From the NCBI GenBank assembly GCA_965202785.1, contig OZ241855.1, forward strand, positions 640,001-704,000: 64,000 nt of DNA, read 5' to 3'. The position numbers and the translations under genes are program-made. Every line of letters starts with the position of its first letter. Positions within the stretch are counted from its first letter, which is position 1. This DNA comes from Thermodesulfobacteriota bacterium. Lineage in GTDB: Bacteria; Desulfobacterota_D; UBA1144; Nemesobacterales; Nemesobacteraceae. Shown here in pieces: positions 19,635 through 30,042 of the stretch. Below the pieces are notes generated by a model. That model worked only from the letters and a program-made list of their open reading frames with translations, was not told the DNA's origin and searched no databases.

Positions 19635-20756
19635 ATGAAAAAAGTTCTAGGCGGCAGGGAAAAAGTAAAAGTTGCGGTTGCCCAGACGGCTCCCGTGTTC
19701 ATGGACAAGGAACAGACCCTTGAGAAGGCCTGTCGCGTGATAAGGGAAGCGGGAGATAACGGGGCGGAACTTATCGCATTCCCCGAGGCATTCATACCAG
19801 GCTACCCGGCCTACTACACAGTCGGCTACGAAACCCCGCCGCACGACTGGACGGATTTCATGATCGCGCTTCAGGATAACTCCATAGTGATTCCCGGAGA
19901 TGACACCGAAATGCTCGCGGAGGCCGCCCGCGCGGCTGACGCTCACGTGGTGATAGGCTGCAACGAGCTTGACGACCGTAAGGGAAGCCGCACCGTTTAC
20001 AACTCCCTTCTTTTTATATCGCGCGAAGGCAAGGTGCTCGGCAGGCACAGAAAGCTCATGCCCACCTACACAGAAAGAACCTACTGGGGCCAGGGGGACG
20101 GGAGCGACATAACCACCTACGACACCGACATAGGAAGAATAGGGGGACTTGTTTGCTGGGAAAATCACATGGTTCTCGTAAGGGCCGCGATGGTTCACAG
20201 CGGACAGGACTTCCACGTGGCGGTGTGGCCGGGGAACTGGAGGAGAGGAGATGATAAGCTGCTTGCCGCCGAAACGGAAGATCCCGGGGCGGGATGCACG
20301 GTGCAGTCGCTCATAAGGGTTCACGCGTTTGAATCGGGGGCGTTCGTGCTAAGCGCCTGCGGTTATCTTGACGACGATGATTTCCCGGAAAGATGGCACT
20401 ACGTGCGCGACGGCAACCACATGAATTACGACTGGGCCAGGGGAGGAAGCTCCATCGTCAACCCGGCCGGCAGATATCTTTTTGAACCCCACTTCGAAAA
20501 GGACGCGATACTCTACGCCGACTGCTACGCAAACCAGATAAAGGCGGTAAAGGCTGTGTTCGACTCTCTGGGACACTATTCAAGGTGGGACGTGGCCAAA
20601 CTTCTCATCGACAGGGAAAAACGGGAACCCGTTGCGGAAAAACCCACGGCACCTCGAATATCCTCCCGGGAAATAAAAAGAATCTCAGACGAGTACGGGG
20701 TTTCCGAGGACAAGCTTGAAGCAATTGCAGAAGAGCTTAAAAGACTTTTTAACTGA
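19635..20756 (+). CDS. Nitrilase (carbon-nitrogen hydrolase branch 1)
   Basis: E-K-C triad in FPEAFIPGYP, HRKLMPTYTER and VCWENHM; also WGQGDGS and DSLGHYSR. Confidence 0.92.
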   Translation: MKKVLGGREKVKVAVAQTAPVFMDKEQTLEKACRVIREAGDNGAELIAFPEAFIPGYPAYYTVGYETPPHDWTDFMIALQDNSIVIPGDDTEMLAEAARAADAHVVIGCNELDDRKGSRTVYNSLLFISREGKVLGRHRKLMPTYTERTYWGQGDGSDITTYDTDIGRIGGLVCWENHMVLVRAAMVHSGQDFHVAVWPGNWRRGDDKLLAAETEDPGAGCTVQSLIRVHAFESGAFVLSACGYLDDDDFPERWHYVRDGNHMNYDWARGGSSIVNPAGRYLFEPHFEKDAILYADCYANQIKAVKAVFDSLGHYSRWDVAKLLIDREKREPVAEKPTAPRISSREIKRISDEYGVSEDKLEAIAEELKRLFN

Positions 20757-21003
20757 GAATAAAAATCCTGACTTCAACGGTTTAGTCCGAAGGTTAATTC
20801 ACGGCGGGCTTCGTCATCGGGGAATATAACCCCGCAGGGCCTTTCCTCACCGAGAGAAAGCACGCAACGGGGGTATATTCAGAAACCGGCAACCATCCTC
20901 CGGACCCGCCAGAGTCTTCCGCCGAACCGCCATTCCCCCACATCACGAAAAGACCGCTTTCTGGCGACACTGCGGAAAGAGCGAAAAGACAAGGGGTCGG
21001 AAG

Positions 21004-21729
21004 CTAATCTTCTCTTATCGGAACGGCGACTACCTGCTGGTATTTATCCAAAGGGTTCTGGAAGAGTTGCTTTGCGTCCGCATAGTTCAGCTGGATGTCC
21101 GGGTAGTCCGAGTAACCCGTGCAGGTATACAGTCCGGACGCCACGACCTCGATCCGCCCGCTGGTCTGCGGATTAAAGAGCTCCAGTTTTTTGGTGCGGA
21201 ATTTCGAGTTCCTGCAAACATTGGCTCTTCCGGCCGCTGGCTGGTCCTCTTTGCTCGGAACTCCGACCTGGGCGACGGTGCCGACGTAATGGAACGGTAC
21301 CTTCCTTTGTTCCGACAGTTCCCGAAGAGCCGCGGCAAGATCTTTGGAAGCACATTCCTTGGCGGCTGCAACCCTTGCTTTTGTAGATTCTCCGGTGATT
21401 GGAGCGCAAAGGTCGTTTTCAAGCACTTCTGCGAGACGCGGATCGTCAAAGGAGAAAATTTTCTTGCCGGCAAGCCAGACCATGAGAGCATCCTTCAAGG
21501 CGTCTTCGGAGAACATCCCCTCTAGCAACTCTTCATGGCCGACCGCTACTGAGTCGACGTCTACCATCGCATCCGCTACCTTCACATCTCCTTCGGGAAG
21601 CGTCACGCTAAGTGGCCTGGTTCCCGCACATGAAGCCAGAGTGCTGATCAGAAGTCCGAACGCGAAGAAGATCGAAACGATCCTGACATAATGCCTAGCC
21701 CTACCAAGTTTTTCTCTAAAACCGTACAT
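21004..21729 (-). CDS. Hypothetical lipoprotein
   Basis: Hydrophobic leader with LASC lipobox; RBS GGAGG; AT-rich upstream region. Confidence 0.7.
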   Translation of the reverse strand: MYGFREKLGRARHYVRIVSIFFAFGLLISTLASCAGTRPLSVTLPEGDVKVADAMVDVDSVAVGHEELLEGMFSEDALKDALMVWLAGKKIFSFDDPRLAEVLENDLCAPITGESTKARVAAAKECASKDLAAALRELSEQRKVPFHYVGTVAQVGVPSKEDQPAAGRANVCRNSKFRTKKLELFNPQTSGRIEVVASGLYTCTGYSDYPDIQLNYADAKQLFQNPLDKYQQVVAVPIRED

Positions 21730-22168
21730 ATTCTCCCTCCTATATTGAGATCATCCATCATATATTGTTTAAATGGTAATTCCCCCTACAACTCCATCAT
21801 ATTGCTAAGGAATTATTCTTTTAAGTTGACAAATTGCCGACGTTAATTGAACAGCGTAGTGGTGATTTTATCTTCCTGCTTAATTGCTTGTCAAGTAAAC
21901 ATTAAGTTATTTCAGGGTAATACGAAACGTTCAGTCCTAGCAAACCACCTCCTGCCCCACTCGGGTGAATGCAACTCTCAAACCTCCCCAACATCAATTC
22001 AGCAGATGAATTACCTGCTTCCACGGGAAGCAAGGATGGTTCTTGCAATTTAAAGCACTGCACTACGGGTTCGAGGAAGCGATGCAGGGTCTGGAGGACC
22101 TGTAAACTTAAGTCTGCAACCCCGCCGTTCTGTTTTTCCGCCCAACTTCGAGCGGAACCTGTTTGTCC

Positions 22169-23140
22169 TTATGTCCCGGTCATTATGTCAGAGAGTTCAA
22201 GAACCTGTTTTTCCGCATGGTAAGAGCTTCTGACGAGCGGCCCCGCTTCCACATGCGGGATACCTATTATTTTCTCTCCGTAGTCTTTAAGAGATTCGAA
22301 CTCGACGGGATGGTAGAACCTTGATACCGGTATATGGTCGATAGTGGGCTGCAGATACTGTCCTATGGTAACTATGTCGCAGCCGGCGCGCTTGAGGTCC
22401 TTAAGAGTTTCGACGATTTCTTCGAAACTCTCCCCGAGACCAACCATAATGCCTGACTTGGTAAGCATCCCTGGCCTTCCCATCCTCGCGGACAGCGAAA
22501 GAAGTTCAAGAGATCTGCCGTAGACCGCCTGCGGCCTCACGGATCTCGTTCTCCCTGACTGAGTTTTCTGGGGAAGCGAGTAGAGTCTCGGAACGGTTTC
22601 AATATTATGGTTCAAAACGTCGGGAGATGACGCTATCACTTTGTGAATCGCCTCGTGTTCCCCCTTGAAATCCGGGATCAGAACTTCGATCTTTACCCCC
22701 GGGGATGTCTTTTTTACCTCGTTTACGGTCTGTGCGAAGATACAGGCGCTTTCGTAGTTTCTGTCATCCCTGTTTACCGAAGTTATAACTACGTGCGTGA
22801 CCCGTGCGTTGTTTTTCTGAAGCTCCGCGACCGCCGCAGCCACCCTGGCGGGTTCTTCCCAGTCGAGCTCGCCGCCCTTTCCCGTTTTCACGTGGCAGAA
22901 GCCGCAACTTCTCGTGCAGACGTCCCCCAGAATCATGAAAGTGAGCGTTCCGGCCCCCCAGCATTCCCCTATGTTTGGGCACTTCGCCTCCTCACACACG
23001 GTGTGAAGGCCAAATTCGCGCACCAAGCTTCTAAGCTTGGTATAATTCGGACCGCTCGGGATTTTTGCCTTTATCCATTCGGGTTTTCTGCGAGTCCCCG
23101 TACGGACTGGCATCCGGGTTTCAGTGGTGGCGGATCTCAT
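22169..23140 (-). CDS. lipA: Lipoyl synthase
   Basis: CEEAKCPNIGEC plus radical SAM CTRSCGFC, NHNIETV, TIGQYLQP and PLVRSSYHA. Confidence 0.97.
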   Translation of the reverse strand: MRSATTETRMPVRTGTRRKPEWIKAKIPSGPNYTKLRSLVREFGLHTVCEEAKCPNIGECWGAGTLTFMILGDVCTRSCGFCHVKTGKGGELDWEEPARVAAAVAELQKNNARVTHVVITSVNRDDRNYESACIFAQTVNEVKKTSPGVKIEVLIPDFKGEHEAIHKVIASSPDVLNHNIETVPRLYSLPQKTQSGRTRSVRPQAVYGRSLELLSLSARMGRPGMLTKSGIMVGLGESFEEIVETLKDLKRAGCDIVTIGQYLQPTIDHIPVSRFYHPVEFESLKDYGEKIIGIPHVEAGPLVRSSYHAEKQVLELSDIMTGT

Positions 23141-23502
23141 TTCGGCGTCTTGAATACATCATGGGAAGAAGGCCGCTCCTGGTAGCCGGCAGGCTTGTTC
23201 TGCAGAAGCTCCACCTCTAGCTTCCCGATTTTTTTCTCGAGATCCTTCACGGTTTCCCTGCTTTGTCTCAACTCGGACTTTGTGGAACGGCCTCTGGCAA
23301 AAGTCAGCAGAAAAAAGACAAAGGCACCCAGAAGAAACGAAGCTCCTATTATCCCGGCATTGTAAACCGCCCCAATATACTTAAAAGAGAAAAAACCCAG
23401 CTCGACTCTGAACACCTGCGTGGCTATCTCAAGGTTCTGAATGAAGAAGAGGGCTACAAAACAGCATATAACGAGGAGAAAAAATCTTTTTACGTGTTTC
23501 AT
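23137..23502 (-). CDS. LapA (DUF1049)-like membrane protein
   Basis: Two TM helices with F..QN followed by a coiled coil; position downstream of cmk-rpsA-sppA fits lapA; probable ATG at 23502. Confidence 0.6.
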   Translation of the reverse strand: MKHVKRFFLLVICCFVALFFIQNLEIATQVFRVELGFFSFKYIGAVYNAGIIGASFLLGAFVFFLLTFARGRSTKSELRQSRETVKDLEKKIGKLEVELLQNKPAGYQERPSSHDVFKTPK

Positions 23503-23644
23503 CGGTTGTTTGAAAAACGGTTTTGCTAAACCGGCGTGACCCGCCAAGCGGTACTGTATTGTAGAATATCGGTTTTTGGGGAAAATACCAGCCACATCAA
23601 CCCGCTAAACACGTACTGTAAAACGAAGATTGGGAAAACCCCGG

Positions 23645-24544
23645 CTAGTAAACCACGTCGGCTATATAGTAGAGACCGAACCCGGTTCTCACAGGGGAAA
23701 CAAAAGCCACGCGCTCAGAAAGGGTTTCGGGGAAAACGAAATCAAGCAGCGTTTTTTTCTTGATGGGATACTCCCTGATCCACGAATCCTCATCCAGACC
23801 CCCCAGCTCTCTCGCCTCGGCAATCGCGGTCTCAAGAGTCCCGATGCGGTCAATCAGGCCAAGCTCCCTCGCCTGGCTCCCGATGAAAATCTTTCCGTCA
23901 GAAAGCGAAGCGACTTTCTCCGGGGGCAGATTCCTTCTTTCGGAGATCATGTCTTTGAACTGGGAGTGGGCCCCGTCTATAATAGTCTGCAGGTAAGCCT
24001 TTTCCGCCTCGGGCATTTTGCGAAACGGCGAGCCGATATCCTTAAACTCCCCGCTCTTTATCACTTCGACCTCCACCTTCGCCCACTCAAGCAGCTGCTC
24101 GTAGCTTGCAAACTGCGCTATCACGCCGATGCTGCCGGTCACGGTGCCGGGATTGGCATAAATCGTGGCCGCCGCGCAGGCGATATAGTAACCGCCCGAG
24201 GCGGCAACCGTTCCCATGCTGGCCACAACCGGCATTGCTTCGCCTAGACTTCTGAGTTCCTCGTACACTTCCTGGGAGGCCGCGACCGATCCTCCCGGGG
24301 AATTTACCCTTACCACAACAGCCTTTACGGAATCGGTTTCGCGTATCTTCCTTACGCTTTTAATGTATGGGTCGGGGTCGATTATGATGCCGTCGATGTT
24401 TACCACCGCCACCCCGTCCCCGCCGGGGTTCTGGCCATGATCGGAGATCAGTACTCCTATGAGAACTCCCACAAAACCGATAAGGAAGATGACCAGAAGT
24501 GATAGGAAGGTCTTAAGAAAGAAATTCAGGTCGGGAACTCTCAC
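23645..24544 (-). CDS. sppA: Signal peptide peptidase SppA (36K type)
   Basis: RVNSPGGSV, AASGGYYIA, TVTGSIGV, KSGEFKDIGSP and LGLIDRIG. Confidence 0.95.
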   Translation of the reverse strand: MRVPDLNFFLKTFLSLLVIFLIGFVGVLIGVLISDHGQNPGGDGVAVVNIDGIIIDPDPYIKSVRKIRETDSVKAVVVRVNSPGGSVAASQEVYEELRSLGEAMPVVASMGTVAASGGYYIACAAATIYANPGTVTGSIGVIAQFASYEQLLEWAKVEVEVIKSGEFKDIGSPFRKMPEAEKAYLQTIIDGAHSQFKDMISERRNLPPEKVASLSDGKIFIGSQARELGLIDRIGTLETAIAEARELGGLDEDSWIREYPIKKKTLLDFVFPETLSERVAFVSPVRTGFGLYYIADVVY

Positions 24545-24555
24545 TTTGCCACCCC

Positions 24556-26265
24556 TCAGTCAAGGGCCTTGAGCTTTTCGTTCAGGATGTCTCCGAGTTT
24601 GGATGAACTTTCCTGCTGGGAAGACACAAAGTCTCTCATCGTGTCTTTTTCCTGTTTCTTTTCAAGCCTTCTGCGGCTGAGATTCACCTGATGCTTGGGC
24701 TTGTTAAAACCTGTGACCAGGCCGCTTATCTCGTCTCCAATCTTAATGGATTCCCTGCTGAACTCATCGTCATGAAATTCGCGGATGGCGTAAAATCCCG
24801 TTACGTTATCGGCAAGCGCCACGGTGACGCCGCTTTCGAGAATTTCCTCTATCTTGGATGTGACCACGGTCTCGTTCACCTTGTAGTCCCGAAGCACCTT
24901 GTTCCACGGGTCCGGGGTAAGCTGCTTGATTCCAAGCCCGATTTTTCTCTGCCTCGGAATGACATTCAGCACGACAAGCTCTATTTCCTTTCCCAAGTCT
25001 TCATTTGAGAAAACCTCAAGGGGGCTGATTTCCCCCTCCCACCTCAGATTTTCCGGGCGCACGAGCCCGACCATGTCCGGGGCAACTTCGACAAAAACCC
25101 CGAGTTCCGTAACGTTTCTTATGGTTCCGCTAACCCTGGTGTTAGGAGGATTGTTCCGCTTGAACTCATCCCATGGGTTTTCCTGTATCTGCTTGAGGCT
25201 CAGCGAAATTCTTCTTTCCTTTGGCTTTACTCCCAGAACCGCAACCTCTATTTCGCTTCCGACTGAAACTACTTCACTTGGATGACGGAAATTCTTGACC
25301 CAGGAAAGTTCGCTTACGTGTACAAGCCCCTCTATCCCGGGTTCAAGCTCGACGAACACGCCGAATTCCGCCGCAAAAACCACCTTGCCCCTGACTCTGT
25401 CGCCGACCCTGTATCTTTCCTGTATGCTCTCCCACGGATCCTCGGTGGTCTGTTTCACCCCGAGGGTTATTTTCCCGTTTTCGATCTCAAGCCGAAGAAT
25501 TTTGACCTGGATGTCCTCGCCTTCCTTAAGGACATCTCCCGGATGCCTTACCCTCCCCCAAGAAAGCTCCCCTATCGGGACAAAGCCCTCTATGCCCCCT
25601 ATGTCAACGAAAGCGCCGGCGTCAATTATCTTCACCACGTTTCCGGAAACAATCTGGTCTTCCGAAATGGTAGCAAGCGTCTCCTTCTTTTTCTCCTCCC
25701 TCTCTTCTTCGAGAATCACCCTTCTCGACACTACTATACCGTTGTCGTTGTTCTGAATAATGCGGGTTTCGATCGTCTGGCCTACCATCTCGTCAAAATC
25801 CGCAACCGGCCGCAGGCCGACCTGGGAACCGGGAAGAAAGACCTTGAAGGGAGCATGCCGCCCTATATCGCAGTTAAAACCGCCCTTAACTCTGTTTAGA
25901 ATTCTCGTGACGACCGGTTCTTTGTTCTTGAACTTCTCCTCGATCGCCCTTTTTTCTCTGATCTGGTCTGCTTTTTGTTTGGAAGCCCTGACGGTGTTCG
26001 GGTTAGGTCTTTCGACCAGAACCTCTATCTCCGAGCCCACCGAGACTTCATGTTCGCCGTCTTTGTTTAGAAATTGGTTTATGGGAACTATGCACTCGAA
26101 CTTAAACCCGAGGTCTATGAAAACAGCATCGGAATCAACCCTTATAACCCTTCCTTTTGCTATTTCCCCGTTCTCGGGCTCGCTCAAGCGCGATTCCATA
26201 CTTTCATCAAGTAACTCCTCAAAGCTCTTCTCATTAGAATCCGTAACACCATTATCCTGAGTCAT
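24556..26265 (-). CDS. rpsA: 30S ribosomal protein S1
   Basis: Six S1 repeats (FLPGSQ, GAFVDIGG, FGVFVELEPGIEGLVHVSELSW); follows cmk. Confidence 0.96.
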   Translation of the reverse strand: MTQDNGVTDSNEKSFEELLDESMESRLSEPENGEIAKGRVIRVDSDAVFIDLGFKFECIVPINQFLNKDGEHEVSVGSEIEVLVERPNPNTVRASKQKADQIREKRAIEEKFKNKEPVVTRILNRVKGGFNCDIGRHAPFKVFLPGSQVGLRPVADFDEMVGQTIETRIIQNNDNGIVVSRRVILEEEREEKKKETLATISEDQIVSGNVVKIIDAGAFVDIGGIEGFVPIGELSWGRVRHPGDVLKEGEDIQVKILRLEIENGKITLGVKQTTEDPWESIQERYRVGDRVRGKVVFAAEFGVFVELEPGIEGLVHVSELSWVKNFRHPSEVVSVGSEIEVAVLGVKPKERRISLSLKQIQENPWDEFKRNNPPNTRVSGTIRNVTELGVFVEVAPDMVGLVRPENLRWEGEISPLEVFSNEDLGKEIELVVLNVIPRQRKIGLGIKQLTPDPWNKVLRDYKVNETVVTSKIEEILESGVTVALADNVTGFYAIREFHDDEFSRESIKIGDEISGLVTGFNKPKHQVNLSRRRLEKKQEKDTMRDFVSSQQESSSKLGDILNEKLKALD

Positions 26266-26364
26266 TTTGTTTAGCCGCCTTCGCCATCAGTCTTTTACTA
26301 ATAAAGGCAAGGTTACATGAAAACTGTTTAAAATGAAAAGAGCGCCCGAGAAGAAAAATCGTTT

Positions 26365-27039
26365 TCAATCGCCGCGGCGGGAGATATCTTTTGTGCGAAG
26401 AAATATCGCCGCAATCACATCTTCGGCACTCATTCGGGTCGTATCTATCACCACGGCATTCTGGGCGGGACGAAGAGGGTTCTCCGCGCGAAGCGTGTCA
26501 CGACGGTCCCGTCTGCGAAGCTCGTCTTCAACATCCGAGAGGGAGATATCCCCCCGGTTGCTTTGAAGAAATCTCCTTTCCGCTCTCTCGGCGACCGTGG
26601 CGTCGAGATAGAATTTATATTTTGCCGCGGGAAAAACATAAGTTCCCATATCCCTTCCCTCGGCAACTATGTTTCCCCCCTCGCCGATCTTTCTCTGAAT
26701 CCCGATGAGAAATTCCCTTACTTCGGCAAGCTCCGCTAGCTCGGAAGAAAGGGAAGATATCTCCTCCGTCCTTATAAGTTTCGAGACGTTACGCCCGTCA
26801 AGAAAAACATGGCCCTCAGGAGAGAATTCCACCGTAGTTCCGGAAAGCAGTCGCGAGAGCGAAGCGGAATCGCGCGGGTCAACTTCGGCCTCGCTTACCT
26901 TAAGCGCCACGGCCCTGTACATGGCGCCCGTGTCAAGACACGAAAAACCGAGCAGGTCGGCGATTCGTCTGGCAACGGTGCTTTTCCCCACCCCCGAAGG
27001 TCCGTCTATGGTAACGATATTGTCGCCGTCTCGTTTCAT
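26365..27039 (-). CDS. cmk: Cytidylate kinase
   Basis: IDGPSGVGKST, LDTGAMYRA, AEGRDMGTYVFP and RDRRD. Confidence 0.97.
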   Translation of the reverse strand: MKRDGDNIVTIDGPSGVGKSTVARRIADLLGFSCLDTGAMYRAVALKVSEAEVDPRDSASLSRLLSGTTVEFSPEGHVFLDGRNVSKLIRTEEISSLSSELAELAEVREFLIGIQRKIGEGGNIVAEGRDMGTYVFPAAKYKFYLDATVAERAERRFLQSNRGDISLSDVEDELRRRDRRDTLRAENPLRPAQNAVVIDTTRMSAEDVIAAIFLRTKDISRRGD

Positions 27040-28325
27040 CTGCGATCTACAAGAGTCTCGAAAAGCGGAAAGAATTCAGGGAACGAAATGGAAACGCACC
27101 CGGCGTCCCCGATCACCGTCTCCCCTCGGGCCCGCGTGGCAGCGACAGCAAGAGACATGGCGACCCGGTGGTCTCCGCGGCTCTCGCACCGGGCGCCGCG
27201 AAGCTCCCCCGTGCCGTTTATAATCATGCCGTCCGGCGTTTCGCTTATGTCCGCGCCAAGTTTCGAAAGCTCGTCCGTCATGGCGCTTATCCTGTCGGTT
27301 TCCTTCACCCGAAGCTCCCCTGCGCCGCTTATCACCGTTTCACCCTCGGCAAAACACGCGGCCACGGAAATAACGGGAAGCTCGTCTATGGCCCGCGACA
27401 CCGACTCTCCTCCTATGCGTACGGCCCCAAGCGCACCGTGGCGGGCAATCAGGTCCCCTACCGGTTCCCCGCAGCACTCGCGACGGTTCTCAACCGAGAT
27501 ATCGGCCCCCATTTCCCACAGGATATCGAGCACCCCGGTTCTAAGCGGGTTAAGTCCGACGTTTTTTACCACGATTTCCGATCCCGGGTTTACAAGCGCG
27601 GCGACAATAAAAAAAGCCGCCGATGAGATGTCCGAGGGGATTTCAAGCTCGGTTCCCGAAAATTCCACTCCCGGGCTTACCGAGACACGTGTTCCGCTTA
27701 CCTCCACCGGAACTCCGAAGTAGCGCAGCATCCTTTCGGTGTGGTCGCGGGTTCTCTCGAGTTCCGTCACGCTGGTTCCTCCCGCGGCGTAGAGCCCCGC
27801 GAGCAGAATCGCGGACTTTACCTGCGCGCTCGCCACGGGAGACCGGTAATCTATTCCCTGAAGTTTTGAGCCCGTTATGTGAAGCGGAAGGACCTCTCCC
27901 TCTCCCGAGATCCTGGCCCCCATGCCGCGAAGCGGGACGGTCACTCTGGACATGGGACGGCGGCGCAGCGAATCATCCCCGGTAATGGTTGAACGGAAGC
28001 TCTGGGCGCTCAGAACTCCCGTGAGCAACCTGGCGGTGGTTCCCGAGTTCTCAGCATTTATAGCCTTGCGGGGCTCTTTGAGGCCGAAAAGTCCCCTTCC
28101 CGCGATCTCCACTTCTCCCGCATCTACTTCCACCTCAATCCCCATGTTTCTAAAAGCGTTCGCCGTAGCAAGGGTGTCTTGGGAAGCCAGAAACCCGCTC
28201 GCCCTAGTTCTTCCCCGCGCGAGCGAACCCAGAATGATTGTCCTGTGGGAAATGGATTTATCCCCGGGAGGGGTTATCTCTCCGGCAAATGTGCGGATTT
28301 TTTCCTTGAGTATGAAATCGGCCAT
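27036..28325 (-). CDS. aroA: 3-phosphoshikimate 1-carboxyvinyltransferase (class II EPSP synthase)
   Basis: PGDKSISHR, NSGTTARL, SAQVKSA, RDHTERML, ELRVKETDRI and DHRVAM. Confidence 0.97.
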   Translation of the reverse strand: MADFILKEKIRTFAGEITPPGDKSISHRTIILGSLARGRTRASGFLASQDTLATANAFRNMGIEVEVDAGEVEIAGRGLFGLKEPRKAINAENSGTTARLLTGVLSAQSFRSTITGDDSLRRRPMSRVTVPLRGMGARISGEGEVLPLHITGSKLQGIDYRSPVASAQVKSAILLAGLYAAGGTSVTELERTRDHTERMLRYFGVPVEVSGTRVSVSPGVEFSGTELEIPSDISSAAFFIVAALVNPGSEIVVKNVGLNPLRTGVLDILWEMGADISVENRRECCGEPVGDLIARHGALGAVRIGGESVSRAIDELPVISVAACFAEGETVISGAGELRVKETDRISAMTDELSKLGADISETPDGMIINGTGELRGARCESRGDHRVAMSLAVAATRARGETVIGDAGCVSISFPEFFPLFETLVDRR

Positions 28326-28400
28326 CTTCTGACTGAATTATATAACCTAACTCGGTAAAACAATATATAATATTTACCGTAAGGCGCAGCCTTTTAGCGA

Positions 28401-28784
28401 ATGTGCGGGATGAAAACAGAAGAGAAAAACGTATTCGGCGAGGACCTAAGAGAGTGCGGCACCGATCCAATGACCGGATTTTTCAGGGACGGCTGCTGCA
28501 GGGCGGCGGTCGAGGATGTGGGACTTCACCTGGTCTGCGCGGAGATGACGGAGGAATTTCTCGAATTTTCGAAGTCTAGGGGAAACGACCTCATAACCCC
28601 CCGCCCCGAGTTCGGTTTTGAGGGGCTAAAACCCGGAGACAGGTGGTGTCTTTGCGCGCTTCGCTGGAAAGAGGCGCTTGAGGGCGGCGTGGCTCCCCCC
28701 GTTTTCCTGCAGTCGACCCACGAATCGGTACTCAGGATCATTGATCTCTCCGATCTTAAAAAACACGCGGTCGACGTATCCTGA
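28401..28784 (+). CDS. DUF2237 family protein
   Basis: NVFGEDLRECGTDPMTGFFRDGCC, GNDL.TP and GLKPGDRWCLCALRW. Confidence 0.9.
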   Translation: MCGMKTEEKNVFGEDLRECGTDPMTGFFRDGCCRAAVEDVGLHLVCAEMTEEFLEFSKSRGNDLITPRPEFGFEGLKPGDRWCLCALRWKEALEGGVAPPVFLQSTHESVLRIIDLSDLKKHAVDVS

Positions 28785-28824
28785 GCCTTGATTCCCCCGA
28801 ATTTGCGTATACCATCTTCGTTCT

Positions 28825-30030
28825 GTGAAGTATCTTGTGCTCCAAGGCGACGGCATGCCCGACCACAAGCTCCCCGAGCTTGAGGGCAGGACTCCGCTTG
28901 AAGTCGCCGAGACCCCTAACCTTGACGCAATCGCCAAGCGGGCCGAGATTTTCGGGATCGCAAAAACCATTCCCGACCCGCTTCCCCCAGGAAGCGACGT
29001 GGGAAACCTGGCGGTGCTGGGCTATGACCCCATGAAATACTACACGGGAAGATCCCCTCTTGAAGCCGCGAGCATAGGGATTTCCCTTGGGGAAACGGAC
29101 GTCACGGTGCGATGCAATCTTGTAACTCTCGCAGAGAGAGACGGCCGGACGGTCATGGAGGACTATAGCGCCGGACACATAACGGACGATGATGCGGCCG
29201 GCATCATCGAGGATCTAAAAAAAGAGTTCGACGGGGAGGAGTTCTCCCTGAGCCAGGGGGTAAGCTACAGGCATCTTCTGCTCTGGCGCGGAGGAAACAG
29301 CACTGTTCAAACAACCCCGCCTCATGACATTTCCGGAAAAGAAATCGCTCCCTGGCTTCCTTCGGGAGACGGGGCGGAAAAACTCCTCGGCCTCATGGAG
29401 AGATCCCGCAGCATACTTAAGGACCATCCTGTAAACAAGAAAAGAAGAGCCGAAGGAAAAAACACCGCAGACTCCATATGGCTCTGGGGCGAGGGAACAA
29501 GACCCGACATGCCGTCCCTTCAAGAGCTTTACGGAATCACCGGATCAGTGGTATCGGCGGTCGACCTCGTAAAGGGGATAGGAATATTCGCCGCGATGGA
29601 AGTGATCGAGGTTCCGGGAGCGACCGGGTACCTTGACACCAATTACGCGGGAAAAGTAAGCGGCGCTATTGAGTCGCTGCAGCGCGTGGACCTCGCGATG
29701 ATCCACATAGAGGCAACGGACGAAACGGGGCATGTCGGAGACGCCGGCCTCAAGATACAGGCGATCGAGGATTTCGACCAAAAGGTAGTGGGACCAGCGC
29801 TCGCGGGGATGGAGCAGTTCGGCGAATACAGGGTACTGGTGCTCTCAGACCATCCCACCCCCATAGACCTGAGGACCCACTCAAGCGAACCCGTTCCCTT
29901 TGCCATACTTGATTCCACAAACCGCTCGGTAAAGCATGACTCTCTTGTCTATACCGAGGACTGTGCCGCGGCAAGCGGAGTCTATGTGAAAGAAGGCTGG
30001 AAACTGTTGGGAACGCTTGTCGCCAGATAG
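28825..30030 (+). CDS. apgM: Cofactor-independent phosphoglycerate mutase (ApgM type)
   Basis: GDGMPD, TPLE.A.TPNLD, PGSDVGNL, GRSPLEA, HIEATDETGH and SDHPTP. Confidence 0.93.
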   Translation: MKYLVLQGDGMPDHKLPELEGRTPLEVAETPNLDAIAKRAEIFGIAKTIPDPLPPGSDVGNLAVLGYDPMKYYTGRSPLEAASIGISLGETDVTVRCNLVTLAERDGRTVMEDYSAGHITDDDAAGIIEDLKKEFDGEEFSLSQGVSYRHLLLWRGGNSTVQTTPPHDISGKEIAPWLPSGDGAEKLLGLMERSRSILKDHPVNKKRRAEGKNTADSIWLWGEGTRPDMPSLQELYGITGSVVSAVDLVKGIGIFAAMEVIEVPGATGYLDTNYAGKVSGAIESLQRVDLAMIHIEATDETGHVGDAGLKIQAIEDFDQKVVGPALAGMEQFGEYRVLVLSDHPTPIDLRTHSSEPVPFAILDSTNRSVKHDSLVYTEDCAAASGVYVKEGWKLLGTLVAR

Positions 30031-30042
30031 GAGCAAGGCGCC

